Assembly: GCA_964387705.1 (NCBI GenBank)
Contig: CAYLWT010000001.1
Coordinates: forward strand, 35,874 to 99,873
Source of the DNA: an uncultured Christensenella sp.
GTDB taxonomy: Bacteria; Bacillota; Clostridia; Christensenellales; UBA1242
DNA: 64,000 bases
Reading direction: 5' to 3'
Positions 18,701 through 26,442 of this stretch are shown here, piece after piece. The number at the start of each line of letters is the position of its first letter. Position 1 is the first letter of the stretch. Made by a program: the position numbers and the translations under genes. The notes beneath the pieces are model-generated. The model was not told the DNA's origin, did not search any database, and saw only the letters and a program-made list of their open reading frames with translations.

Positions 18701-21365
18701 TATTTGTTATTCTCTCTTTGTTGTTTGTTACATAAAGCCCTGTTGAAATGTTAAAACTCTTCCCTGACGTTGTTGTTGCGGTAAGGCTGGCCGAACCTGA
18801 GGAAGCATAGTTATTAGTCAAAATCAACTCGCTCATATCAACCTGTCCTTCACAATAAATTCCACCACCTGCACCAGTCGTTCTGCTGTTTGACACTTCA
18901 AGTTTAGTCCCCAAAATTTTTGCGTTTGACTCAACATTCAACGCACCACCATTGCTCTTTCCGTTTGCATTTTTGATGACACAATTGTTAAAAGTTGCGC
19001 TTCCCGAACCATTTACAGAAACAAAAGATTTTTCTCTTTCAACGTCTTGACCATCAAAAATAATATTCTCAAGGGTTGCCGATTCCCCAGTTGAAATTTG
19101 AAAGGCGGACGACTCTGTTATTGAAGATTGGAAAACTGTCTGATACTTAAACTCAAATGAATAATCTGTTGAAAGCTCGACCACTTCACTGAAATATAAT
19201 GTAGACATATTCCCAACCTCTAGGTCAACCCCATTTCCCGAAAGGCACCTTGCAACTTCATAACTCACTGGAGAAAATGGACTTCTGCCGGAGTTCGTAG
19301 CATAACTTGTACTTGAATTGCTCATTGTTGTGTAAATGATTGGATTTGTTATTTTGTCTGCCGAGATAAAATAGGCATTTCCCTTGAAAATTAAATAGAA
19401 AGTCAACACAAATTGCCCTTCAACATTTGACAATGTTATAGTAGAAGAGCTACCTTCCCCTCCAAGATAACTTGATGCTGGAACAAATTGTTTTGAGTAG
19501 ATGTCTGAAGAGTCTTTTATGTTTGTATAAGTTCTTATCCCTGCGACGATAAATCCTGTAACTGCAGACTTGCCATCGATGGTTATATTTGAGGCCGTAA
19601 CAGAGTATGTTTTGCCATAAGAATCATCAGAAGAGTCTTCAGGGATTTCCCCAGATTGTGTCACAGTGATGCTCCCATCAACAACACCGTCACTTTTAAT
19701 ATGCAGAAGATTTGAAGTGGAGAGATTTGCGTTTTTCACATCATAATTTTCATTTGCCTTTAATGGTTCCCCAATGTTCAATGTGTCGCCTGCATCAATA
19801 TCACCAACATTGTTTGAATTTGCAAAAGTTGAAATGTCAAGGCAAATTACCGGACGAACACCCAAAATGCTATATGCGTACGTACTATTGCTTCCTATCC
19901 AGCTTTCTACTCCTTCACTCTCAATCCTGACAATTGTGTCATGCCCAGTGTCATCAAGCAACCAACGATATTTGTCAAGAGCCCCTTGATCACCATTTGC
20001 AAGAGCATATTGGGTTTTGTATGCTGATTTAATATTGTTGCTGTCGGCATCGGCATAATCCAAAAGCCCAACCTTTTGAGTTATTGATGATGATGTTGTT
20101 CGATAGAAAGATTGCAAGTCGCTTTCATTGTTAGAAAATGCCAAATCATAAAATGTTCTATTGCTTTGATAAAAGGTATCTGTGTAGGTCGTTGAACTGA
20201 TTGAGCTTGTACTTGTAACATCTACAGAAGACTCTCCATTTAACCATGCTTTTAGCACACTGTTGTTAAAACTTTTCCCATAACTAATCAAGGCACTATA
20301 AAAAAATGTCCAAGGATTGTGGTTGATAGCATTTGAATCGATAATTTGAGTGGAAACCAACATTTTGTAATTTCCCGAAGTATCGGAGGCTTTCAAACTG
20401 GCAGAATCAACAACAACCCATTCAATTGGTTCGACTTCATAAAGGAAAATTCCATCAACACCCGTCCCCGTTTCATCGCCAACTTCATCCACTGTATCCG
20501 AACTATCTATCCCTGATGTTTGAAATCTGTCATAGCCATGCAATGCAACCACTTGATTTTTGTCTCGAACCACGCCATCATATTTGTAGTAAGTTCTGCT
20601 AAGTATCATCATTGCTGATTCGTCTCTCACCCCGTCATATGCCCTTATTGGTGCTAAATCTGGGTCTATACCTGGTTGACTGTTATTGTAAGCGTCGCTC
20701 TTGCTTGCGTCAAGCCAAATTTCTTCTCCTGAGAAGTCTGACGTTGTAGAAGAGTCTTTTTTTACTTTGTAATATTTATTCACGCTATCAACCACTCGGT
20801 TGTATGGATAAAATTTTGAGCCAGCAGAATAAGTTAGCGTTCCAACAGTGATAGGTTTTAAAAGAGTGTAATATCCGGTGCTATTGTCATAAGAAATGTC
20901 CTCATCAGCATAATCTTCCCTTGGAGCAAAATATCCTATGGTTGTGTTTCCCCATTCATAATTTTCCTTAATCTCAGTTGTTTTTCCATCCACAGTATGC
21001 GCAGTGCTGTAATATTTTTTTATCAGCGCCTCAATTTTAGTTTTGATTTCAGTGTGAATGTTTACACTGTCAGAATCAACCACATATGGGACCACTATCT
21101 CCTCAGAGCTATTTGAAGATGTTGTTAATGTGATAGTTTTCCACTCTTTCACATTAATGACAGTTGATTGAGGGTATTCACCAAAATAGACTTTGCTACC
21201 TGTGGAAAGACTTTCGACCTGCGAAACTCCTGTGCCAGAAGCAAATGCCGTTTTTCGTGGCATGCTAAGAACTGCCGACAAACAAATGCACGCCGACATT
21301 ATGCATAGTCCCACCGATTTTAAAATGGTGACTAGTTTGTTCTTTGCGGAAATTGTTTTGAACAT
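12759..21365 (-). CDS. Giant (2868 aa) secreted Pmp-repeat / beta-helix surface protein with a C-terminal transmembrane anchor
   Basis: Listed ORF, with AAAGGAG 9 nt upstream of the ATG. N-terminal signal peptide (...LSAVLSMPRKTAFA|SGTG). Dozens of GGA[ILV][YF] motifs (NGGAIYVCD, YGGAIYSDS, LGGAIYAKS, MGGAIFATN...) alternate with FxxN motifs (FTGNKA, FEGNYA, FRGNKA, FDGNSA...). The N-terminal roughly 540 aa are non-repeat and end in ...YSILGVRPVICLD. The C-terminus has a hydrophobic helix, LTTILNVICVLIAIAIFVILIV, followed by KSKKSQTFYKK. No LPXTG motif. Confidence 0.9.
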   Translation of the reverse strand: MFKTISAKNKLVTILKSVGLCIMSACICLSAVLSMPRKTAFASGTGVSQVESLSTGSKVYFGEYPQSTVINVKEWKTITLTTSSNSSEEIVVPYVVDSDSVNIHTEIKTKIEALIKKYYSTAHTVDGKTTEIKENYEWGNTTIGYFAPREDYADEDISYDNSTGYYTLLKPITVGTLTYSAGSKFYPYNRVVDSVNKYYKVKKDSSTTSDFSGEEIWLDASKSDAYNNSQPGIDPDLAPIRAYDGVRDESAMMILSRTYYKYDGVVRDKNQVVALHGYDRFQTSGIDSSDTVDEVGDETGTGVDGIFLYEVEPIEWVVVDSASLKASDTSGNYKMLVSTQIIDSNAINHNPWTFFYSALISYGKSFNNSVLKAWLNGESSVDVTSTSSISSTTYTDTFYQSNRTFYDLAFSNNESDLQSFYRTTSSSITQKVGLLDYADADSNNIKSAYKTQYALANGDQGALDKYRWLLDDTGHDTIVRIESEGVESWIGSNSTYAYSILGVRPVICLDISTFANSNNVGDIDAGDTLNIGEPLKANENYDVKNANLSTSNLLHIKSDGVVDGSITVTQSGEIPEDSSDDSYGKTYSVTASNITIDGKSAVTGFIVAGIRTYTNIKDSSDIYSKQFVPASSYLGGEGSSSTITLSNVEGQFVLTFYLIFKGNAYFISADKITNPIIYTTMSNSSTSYATNSGRSPFSPVSYEVARCLSGNGVDLEVGNMSTLYFSEVVELSTDYSFEFKYQTVFQSSITESSAFQISTGESATLENIIFDGQDVEREKSFVSVNGSGSATFNNCVIKNANGKSNGGALNVESNAKILGTKLEVSNSRTTGAGGGIYCEGQVDMSELILTNNYASSGSASLTATTTSGKSFNISTGLYVTNNKERITNNVSKYSNYAVSISGYQLYIKNPTFKDNNIFDTALYLDNCRLLSGKDVTFEGGSFEGNNARGENGYASAMIVDANGAYNYKFSGTTFEKNSSSASGYGTVLVKGLYQSTSSDSVGVCFDGCTFKGNNGLYSGGLSFGAVGTGDNFSGNFEITNTNFYGNEATSTNSDAIAGALLVKSNSAKGYKKLEMSNLKFTGNKAKLYGVANFILDGTEELVLEDITVGGDLNNGNNLDAVRNVSTGSGALFAIKCKSNELSAAISISNFVAKYNQKKDDESLSNFANYGVLYLENVVSKDDILIKNSEFINNDGMSNGGALTIQDCSGIVQNCLFESNRAFVSGNKNLGVGGGAVYLSSIGSESEIEIKNTTFIGNSVTASGEGLFVGGGAILSCKTILKLTDVYVSGNSVAGGEMIAKGGAICSYGNVTSSLLYSTKCQHSSPKLIISGGKFDENFATSSTLSQGGAVWGECVQIVTGGTIAGYKTTNDTSNGIVIFSDNKTKKGEIITGEGGAIYTANCFEILNENAVDFVVTFEGNYAQNGGAVHACGVTIIDGAKFEENIAQTQNEGMFGFGGAISLGNSELTIKYSDYVNDSPNAQSGTAYALPMSTKIVRATFIKNEANYGGAIYSDSAIDSLEGFAKFSTLNIVGVAENAVIFENNKAVLNKNMTDMSGLGGAIYAKSPLKIDIVLFNKNEANYASTIYFDNSFKTFTQASSNYVASDKLTVSNVTFEGNISNGFGVVGATSSVDITINNSTFTGNKNKGAVLVFSKQSGNLSSGTLDNCSFTNNVSEANPYLSDVISVEGCEVVIKDCTFAQNGDTTKSGYGTAILVGDEGVVYLNNVKANGTNDNKISHTNGFILVRNGGNLNVSGGAISYLKNTNSSLGGGAIVVYGRASFDGITLSYCEAQNGGAIYVCDGGNVSFAGTISNCTATDNGGAIYVQEGATLLVSGKLKIDLTYSESIISNNTAQNGGGVFSFGDTTVSRASILSNTASKFGGGVCSKENSSLTIEQGAIISENKLTSSDSFGAGIYAIGSLYINGAEISNNKFEEQVTNGVGGGLYADSVSFEARDTIFRGNKASMGGAIFATNGAISLSYLSFDGNSATTGGAVYLQRCTTNILSSEFSKNTATGNGRAVLFTSGQLVVQDSSFDDGGQSSETGVAKLYVEDCVSFVLSNCEFGEENGGNISHLYVKASKSAEILDSNFSYGKCDGDESGVVISAPNVWVENCNFNQNADGGLSLTTNYGIIANSKFLSNKKNGGLKLNKLDEDCSIEIIDSSFTDGNVSTSGSAIYVSNGVNLRLSGEIIVTGNSSSNGAIYIAETGKIVITRGSKVVISGNTNTSDSKSNLNLKLNVGGTAFLEGGLVEGSSIGVTLQSGSVVVQSPTDTNIPLENDDIKKFFSDDNSSYYLSYSSNKKQLLAYSKSSTTDSKMISVTDENDNTYTYSLILSDITLLYSNMPKGGYVIDKSYFEVKNNNNVVDIVSMTFSLKEGASFLEEHTDSITLHSKGSYTLGIAVKKIRIGESEVELKSSVLETTKNGLAGEIVVQIVGEYLYIISTPQAKMISQNESSFKLTQAGLVKRSNGQEVAGTWSLLSPESVVNSGYYDCKFTPKQTSLYENKDNVTAKMYVEVVYNKMYYMTVGKDTAIYADSEGKNKINVSSFAEALEYLNDDGTFVFKTSYSVQGSETIAISKRVKFVRENSEINFAMIEVNDGGNLTISCTGGQALFEGKDDSTQSPLFVVNGRLTLGANVEVRNFTYTSYASSSLHGIICNKGTLILQGCKIYDNELKFSSNSDYVIGGVVYNEGTMRVLSGEFYGNKAINGNGGFVYSAGKLTVSGGTISNNKSGSGAGVYVANGGSATLLSGQITHNIAQNNGGGICVADGGELVLDNTQILSNIASGEGAGLYKGEGGSVLLSSGEKVLTSTIESVEAMNTIESSEQIVQNDNLTTILNVICVLIAIAIFVILIVKSKKSQTFYKK

Positions 21366-21759
21366 CTTGGTTATCTCCTTTTAGACTACCCATTATTTCT
21401 GCCCAACATAAATTTGCATTTTTCACTTGTTATGCGGTTTTCTACTCCGACCAATTGTTCCACCTCGCACACAGCAACCATAACAAGATATATAAATTAC
21501 TACCTTATTATAGTAGTATCTTCAAAAAATACCAAATAAATTACACCAAATTTTAACAAAAAATAGTAAAATTTTTCAAGCCCTATCAACTTGAATTTGC
21601 AAAATTATTGATAAAAAAAGATAAAAATTTTCATTGAAAAAATATAAAATATCTTTTGGCAACAAAAACAATTCAAAAAAGTTTACCTTATTCACCAAAT
21701 AAAAAAATAAATCGCTAAAACTCGCACCACAAATGACTTTTAGCAATTATATTTTGACA

Positions 21760-21785
21760 ACAAAAAAGAGAACCTAAGGCTCTCT
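21760..21785 (-). terminator. Rho-independent terminator after hup
   Basis: Minus strand: AGAGAGCC-UUA-GGUUCUCU hairpin (21767-21785, one G:U pair) followed by a T-run (TTTTTTGTTG). Confidence 0.6.
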
Positions 21786-21821
21786 TTTTGCGAAAATTAC
21801 TTCAAATGATTGTCAGAACAA

Positions 21822-22094
21822 TTATTTAAGCATATCTTTGAAAGATTTTCCGAACTTGAAAGTTGGTGCTTTGGTTGCTGGGATTTTGATTGCCTTTTTT
21901 GTTTGTGGATTTACCCCAGTTCTTGCAGCTCTTTCTTTAACTTTAAAAGTGCCGAATCCTGCGAGGACAACCTCTTCTCCGTTTTTCAATGCTTCAGCAA
22001 CTGTTGCCACGAATGCTTTGTATGCTTCGTCCGCATCTTTAAGTGTGAAGCCAGCTTTTGTTGCGATTGCGCTAACAATATCACCTTTGTTCAT
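21822..22094 (-). CDS. hup: HU-family histone-like DNA-binding protein
   Basis: 90 aa: MNKGDIVSAIATKAGFTLKDADEAYKAFV...GFGTFKVKERAARTGVNPQTKKAIKIPATKAPTFKFGKSFKD. This is the classic HU/IHF fold signature. AAGGAG RBS. Confidence 0.95.
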   Translation of the reverse strand: MNKGDIVSAIATKAGFTLKDADEAYKAFVATVAEALKNGEEVVLAGFGTFKVKERAARTGVNPQTKKAIKIPATKAPTFKFGKSFKDMLK

Positions 22095-22309
22095 AATTTT
22101 TCTCCTTGTTTTAAAAAATTCCTTAACAGGTTACCCTAATATAACACATTTTCTCATTATTTCCTAACAATTTTTCACATTTTTTTGTTTTTTAGCACAA
22201 ATATTGCCATATTCACCCAATTTTATACTTAAAGGAACCTCTTTCAATCTAATTTTTGCCAAAAAATTGTTTTTTAAACTTATTTCCCATAAATTATTTT
22301 TGAAAATCC

Positions 22310-23179
22310 TTAATAATGCCCTTCATCACCATCATTAAGATAAAGTATGCCAACAGTGTTTTCGCCACAATGTGAAGAAATGACGCTCCCCGCTTGTGTG
22401 TATAAAATTTCCTTAAATTTACCATATTTCGCAAGGACTTCTTCAACCGCTTTTCGCATTGCATCTGTCATTGAAGGATAGGTTATCATAACTCTTGTGT
22501 GGTCTGGAGTGTTGAATGTTTGAAGAGTATCTTCCATATATTTTCTAACACAACTGTCCATATTTCCAATATACTTTTTGCCAACTTTATTTTTGCCATC
22601 AACAACTCTTATGCAAGGCTTAATTCTCATTATATTTGCGCCCAACATGCTGAGCATACTGCATCTGCCACCTTTATATAAGAATTTTAACTTTTCAATA
22701 ATGAAAGACGATTGCCCATAATAAGCCCTTTCGCCAACTTTTTTCGCAATTTCTTCTGCAGAATATTTGCCAGATGAGGCAAGTTCACTTGCATACATTG
22801 CAAGGAGTCCACTCCCAGACGACAACGTTCTGCTATCCACAACGTAGACATGTGGGTTTCCATTTGCGGCAAGCACCGCATTTGCATAGCCAGAAGAAAG
22901 TTCCGCCCCAATGCCGACATGCACCACATCATAACCATCATCAGTATATTTCTTGAAAAATTCTGCAAAATCTTCTGGACTTCTTGCCCCTGTTTTTGGA
23001 AGTTCACCAGTTTTTGAAAAATAGGCAAAAATATCCTTTGGCGTTATATTCACCCCATCATAAAAAGTTTCCTCACCCAACGTCACCACAAAAGGAAGAA
23101 CTTTTATATTAAATCTTTCATAAAGTTTAGGGCTAAGATCAATTGTGCTATCTGCTGTTATTTGAATTTTGTTTGACAT
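22310..23179 (-). CDS. DegV-family fatty-acid-binding protein
   Basis: ITADSTIDLSPKLYERFNIKVLPFVVTLGEETFYDGVNITPKDIF... is typical of DegV. The listed ORF starts at TTG 23191; ATG 23179 (MSNKIQIT) is preferred because the TTGGAG sequence then serves as its RBS. Confidence 0.85.
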   Translation of the reverse strand: MSNKIQITADSTIDLSPKLYERFNIKVLPFVVTLGEETFYDGVNITPKDIFAYFSKTGELPKTGARSPEDFAEFFKKYTDDGYDVVHVGIGAELSSGYANAVLAANGNPHVYVVDSRTLSSGSGLLAMYASELASSGKYSAEEIAKKVGERAYYGQSSFIIEKLKFLYKGGRCSMLSMLGANIMRIKPCIRVVDGKNKVGKKYIGNMDSCVRKYMEDTLQTFNTPDHTRVMITYPSMTDAMRKAVEEVLAKYGKFKEILYTQAGSVISSHCGENTVGILYLNDGDEGHY

Positions 23180-23376
23180 TTTTTTCTCCAATTATAGATA
23201 ATTATTAACATATATGATTGATTTTGTCAAATTATTGATATAAATTATCAAATTTAATATAAAAAATTTACGTTTAAGTATCTCTACTATGAATTTTATT
23301 TCAAATCTTTGCTTGCAAAAATTAATAATTTCCCAAAATTGATAATTGCTAAAAATCACACCACAAGCGGGAATTA

Positions 23377-24102
23377 TCATTTAAAACAATCAATAACCGC
23401 ACGAAAAGCAACTGCAATTAATGAGTCATCGTAAGCATAGTGAAGAACGACCGTTCCTCTAAGTTTTGAGGCTGATACAAGGCCAAAATCTTTGCTATCA
23501 TAACTGTTTGCTCTATTATCCCCTGCAACATAATAATACCCTTGAGGAACCTTAATTTCAATCATATCTTTTCCAAATTCATCTTTTTTAATTATCACAT
23601 CTTTATAAATGCCACTTTTCGCATTACCAGCGAACTTCCACATATATTTTACGTCCATTGCCGTGGGATCTTTTATATAATCTTCTTCCAATTTTACCCC
23701 ATCAACATAAAAGCAATAATAATCGTCATCAGTGTTTTTTTTGAGTTGCAAAATTTGTCCGCCCACCGCAATCACTCGCTTTATGATAGTTTGCGAAGTC
23801 AAATCCACAATTGCAACTTCACCATTCTTTGGTTTTCTAAATCGAGAAACAATAATGTGGTCACGATAGTGATTGGACATAAGGTCGCTTTCATTATCCG
23901 AATCTGGAGCAAGAACATTGTAGGTAGGTTGCATAGATGGGCCAATAACATCGGACGGATAAAACACAATAAAGAACAAACTGAGAGCAATTGTAAAAGT
24001 AATAACAATCGACACTAGAAGGATAAAAAGTTTATCCCAAAATTCGTATTTATCTTTATATTTCCTATTTAATTTTCCTAATGTATACTTTCTAAATTCC
24101 AT
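23377..24102 (-). CDS. lepB: Signal peptidase I
   Basis: N-terminal TM helix; catalytic Ser box GPSMQPTY; Lys box IKRVIAVGGQ; GDNRANSYDS box. Confidence 0.9.
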   Translation of the reverse strand: MEFRKYTLGKLNRKYKDKYEFWDKLFILLVSIVITFTIALSLFFIVFYPSDVIGPSMQPTYNVLAPDSDNESDLMSNHYRDHIIVSRFRKPKNGEVAIVDLTSQTIIKRVIAVGGQILQLKKNTDDDYYCFYVDGVKLEEDYIKDPTAMDVKYMWKFAGNAKSGIYKDVIIKKDEFGKDMIEIKVPQGYYYVAGDNRANSYDSKDFGLVSASKLRGTVVLHYAYDDSLIAVAFRAVIDCFK

Positions 24103-24109
24103 ATGTATA

Positions 24110-24138
24110 AGTATATTTCAAAATAATAACAAAATCAA
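24110..24138 (-). promoter_or_regulatory. Putative SigA-type promoter of lepB, with the -10 element only 7 nt from the ATG
   Basis: Minus strand: TTGATT-N17-TATACT, then TATACAT, then ATG (24102). No purine-rich RBS in between. Confidence 0.4.
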
Positions 24139-24292
24139 ATTTTTAACACACATTTTATAAAATATATTTTATTTTTATGTTCACTTCTATCAATTTTTTT
24201 AGCCATTTGACACAAAAAGATAAAAAATTTCAAAATTATTCAATCAAAATTTTTTTATCATAAAATTTGTTTCTATTAAAAAACCATAAATT

Positions 24293-24326
24293 TAATTAAA
24301 AAAACACCTAAAAAATAAGTGTTTTT
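24293..24326 (-). terminator. Possible terminator after the Cys-rich lipoprotein gene
   Basis: Minus strand: AAACAC-loop-GTGTTT hairpin followed by a T-run. The stem is short and AT-rich, so confidence is modest. Confidence 0.4.
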
Positions 24327-24364
24327 AAAATTTTTACAAAATTTTATAAACTGACATAAGTTTG

Positions 24365-25714
24365 TTATGTTGTTGTTTCATTTTGTTCAGGATATGTTTG
24401 CACGCCAAATTTTTGCTTTAAATCATCACTTAGTTTGTCATCATCAACTTTCGTGAAATCAGCGGTGTATACTCCATTGTTTGCATTGATGTTTGAAATT
24501 GTGTAACTAACTTTTCCACTGCAAGTTACGTTATTAACATTTCTTATACAGTTCACCTCTACAGTGCAACTTGCAACACTATCAGTTACGCTCCAAGTCA
24601 CTTTCACATCTCCCCACTCATGTGACAATGCTTCGGTTGACTCAATAACATTCTCGGTTGCTGGGAAAATGCTAGAATCTTTAAAAGTTGCCACATATTT
24701 TTTATAGCCAGCAAGAACGCAAGTTTGTTGCTGTTCTTTATATGTTATATTATTGTCAGAACCATTTAAAATTGCCGTTGCTGAAAAGGTTTGTTTGCAA
24801 CTTTGACACGTGTTGCTTGCAGTGCAAGTTGAGCAATCAGTTGCCCAACTGTATGTTGCTGTGCCATAATTGTGGCCAAGTGGACTTTTATTTCCAGCAA
24901 CCTTTTCCTCCTTTGGAGGGAATCGGTTTGATTTGAACGTGGCTGTATATATTGTATAATCACCCTCTGTGCATGTTGCATCATAATATTGACTTTCAAC
25001 TTTGCTAGACTCTTCTTCATACACAACCCCACAATCTGAGTTTTGGCAAGTCACTGATGCCACGCAATATTCATAATCTTTTCCCCATTCATATGTAGGA
25101 CTATCATAATTATAATTGTGTTCTTGAGTGCGTTTTTTTGTGATAACTTCATAAATTTCTTGGTCTGAAAAGGCTTCATCAAAGGCATCGTTCTCAAAGT
25201 CCGGATTTGTGAATTTTACCACTTCATCTTGCCCACAACCGAATTGAGAAATCTCAGTGGCCGAAAGTTTTTTATCTTTTGTTGAAATGGTTTCTGTTTC
25301 AACCTCATCACAACCATCGCGTATGCAATATCGTGTTGCGGTGCAAGACCAATCATTTTCTGAAGATTCCAATTTGGTAAATTTAAATATTACGTCTTGA
25401 CTTGTACCATAATTGTGGCCAAGTGGGCTCGTTTCCACCCAATTTGTGTAACCACAAACAGTACATTCCCTAAATTTCAAGCCTTTTTTGGTGCAAGTTG
25501 CAGGCTCATATATTGAAAATCCGCTAAATTCGTGTTTGCCAACGTCCATGTGTTCAGAACAATTTTGCTTGGTGCAAGTGTGAAAATGTTCTGCTGCGGT
25601 TGAACCCCAATCTACATTCGCGATATGGGTGTGCGAGCAACCTCCAACAAAAATTGCAACTGCGACAACGCTTATCAATAGAAATATTTTCAACAAAAAA
25701 TCTTTCTTTTGCAT
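24365..25714 (-). CDS. Cys-rich repeat lipoprotein (unknown function)
   Basis: ATG 25714 with AGGGAG RBS; the listed TTG start at 25741 is rejected. Signal peptide plus lipobox: MQKKDFLLKIFLLISVVAVAIFVGG|C. Four degenerate modules built on H-x-[YW]-G/x ... W ... C ... C ... C (SPLGHNYG occurs twice, plus EHNYNYD and LSHEWG). First module: ATCTKKGLKFRECTVCGYTNWVETSPLGHNYG. Confidence 0.7.
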   Translation of the reverse strand: MQKKDFLLKIFLLISVVAVAIFVGGCSHTHIANVDWGSTAAEHFHTCTKQNCSEHMDVGKHEFSGFSIYEPATCTKKGLKFRECTVCGYTNWVETSPLGHNYGTSQDVIFKFTKLESSENDWSCTATRYCIRDGCDEVETETISTKDKKLSATEISQFGCGQDEVVKFTNPDFENDAFDEAFSDQEIYEVITKKRTQEHNYNYDSPTYEWGKDYEYCVASVTCQNSDCGVVYEEESSKVESQYYDATCTEGDYTIYTATFKSNRFPPKEEKVAGNKSPLGHNYGTATYSWATDCSTCTASNTCQSCKQTFSATAILNGSDNNITYKEQQQTCVLAGYKKYVATFKDSSIFPATENVIESTEALSHEWGDVKVTWSVTDSVASCTVEVNCIRNVNNVTCSGKVSYTISNINANNGVYTADFTKVDDDKLSDDLKQKFGVQTYPEQNETTT

Positions 25715-25757
25715 TTTTTCTCCCTTTGCAAAAAACTCCACATGGGAGTTTTGCTAT

Positions 25758-26390
25758 TTAATTTGTTTTAAATGCTGGAATGGAACAAATGTATTTGTAT
25801 AGGCCACTCAAATTTACTTTTGCAGTGTAATAATATTTATATGGAAGAGTTTTGTCTTCGCCGTCCATATATTCAGTTCCTTTCATAACACCAAATGTAA
25901 CAAGTTCTCTCCCATTCGTGTTTGTAACCTCAAAAAAGAGGTGGTCGTATTCAAATGTCAAGTCTTTTTCGGCAACAGTTATTGTTTTTGTTTCGTTATA
26001 TTCAAAAATCACAGTGAATTTTTCAGTAGTATCATAGTTTTTGGAAATTTTTTCTGATGAACCTGCAATATCAGCATATCCTGCTTCAAAACCTTCGTTC
26101 ATCTGCCCTACAAAAAGTGAAACAAGTGCTTTTTGTTCAAAACCAGCATTAAACTTTTCCATAAATTCGTTTAACATTCTGGCTTTATTTGAGGTGAGAT
26201 CATCTATGTTTGATGCACAAAATCCTCCATAACCTGTCGTCTTTTCGTTGGTGATATAAATCACATTTGGAGTTTCAATTGTTCTATTTTTGTTAACCGG
26301 AACAAGAGCCAAAATTAATGTCGTAAGCGCCATAATTTCCACAAGCCCAAGAACCACTGATATTATGATGATTTTTTTAGCTTTATTCAT
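25758..26390 (-). CDS. Hypothetical N-terminally membrane-anchored protein
   Basis: 210-aa ORF with a single N-terminal TM helix (IIIISVVLGLVEIMALTTLILALV). No motif recognised. Confidence 0.6.
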   Translation of the reverse strand: MNKAKKIIIISVVLGLVEIMALTTLILALVPVNKNRTIETPNVIYITNEKTTGYGGFCASNIDDLTSNKARMLNEFMEKFNAGFEQKALVSLFVGQMNEGFEAGYADIAGSSEKISKNYDTTEKFTVIFEYNETKTITVAEKDLTFEYDHLFFEVTNTNGRELVTFGVMKGTEYMDGEDKTLPYKYYYTAKVNLSGLYKYICSIPAFKTN

Positions 26391-26442
26391 TTCAGATTTC
26401 CTTTTTCGTTTGTTTAAATATTTACCTTTTTATCTCGATTTT

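Noticed and set aside
23192-23380. 62-aa minus-strand ORF between lepB and the DegV-family gene
   Set aside because: It is an Ile/Asn/Phe-rich translation of an AT-rich spacer with no RBS. The region is better explained as the lepB terminator plus the degV promoter region.
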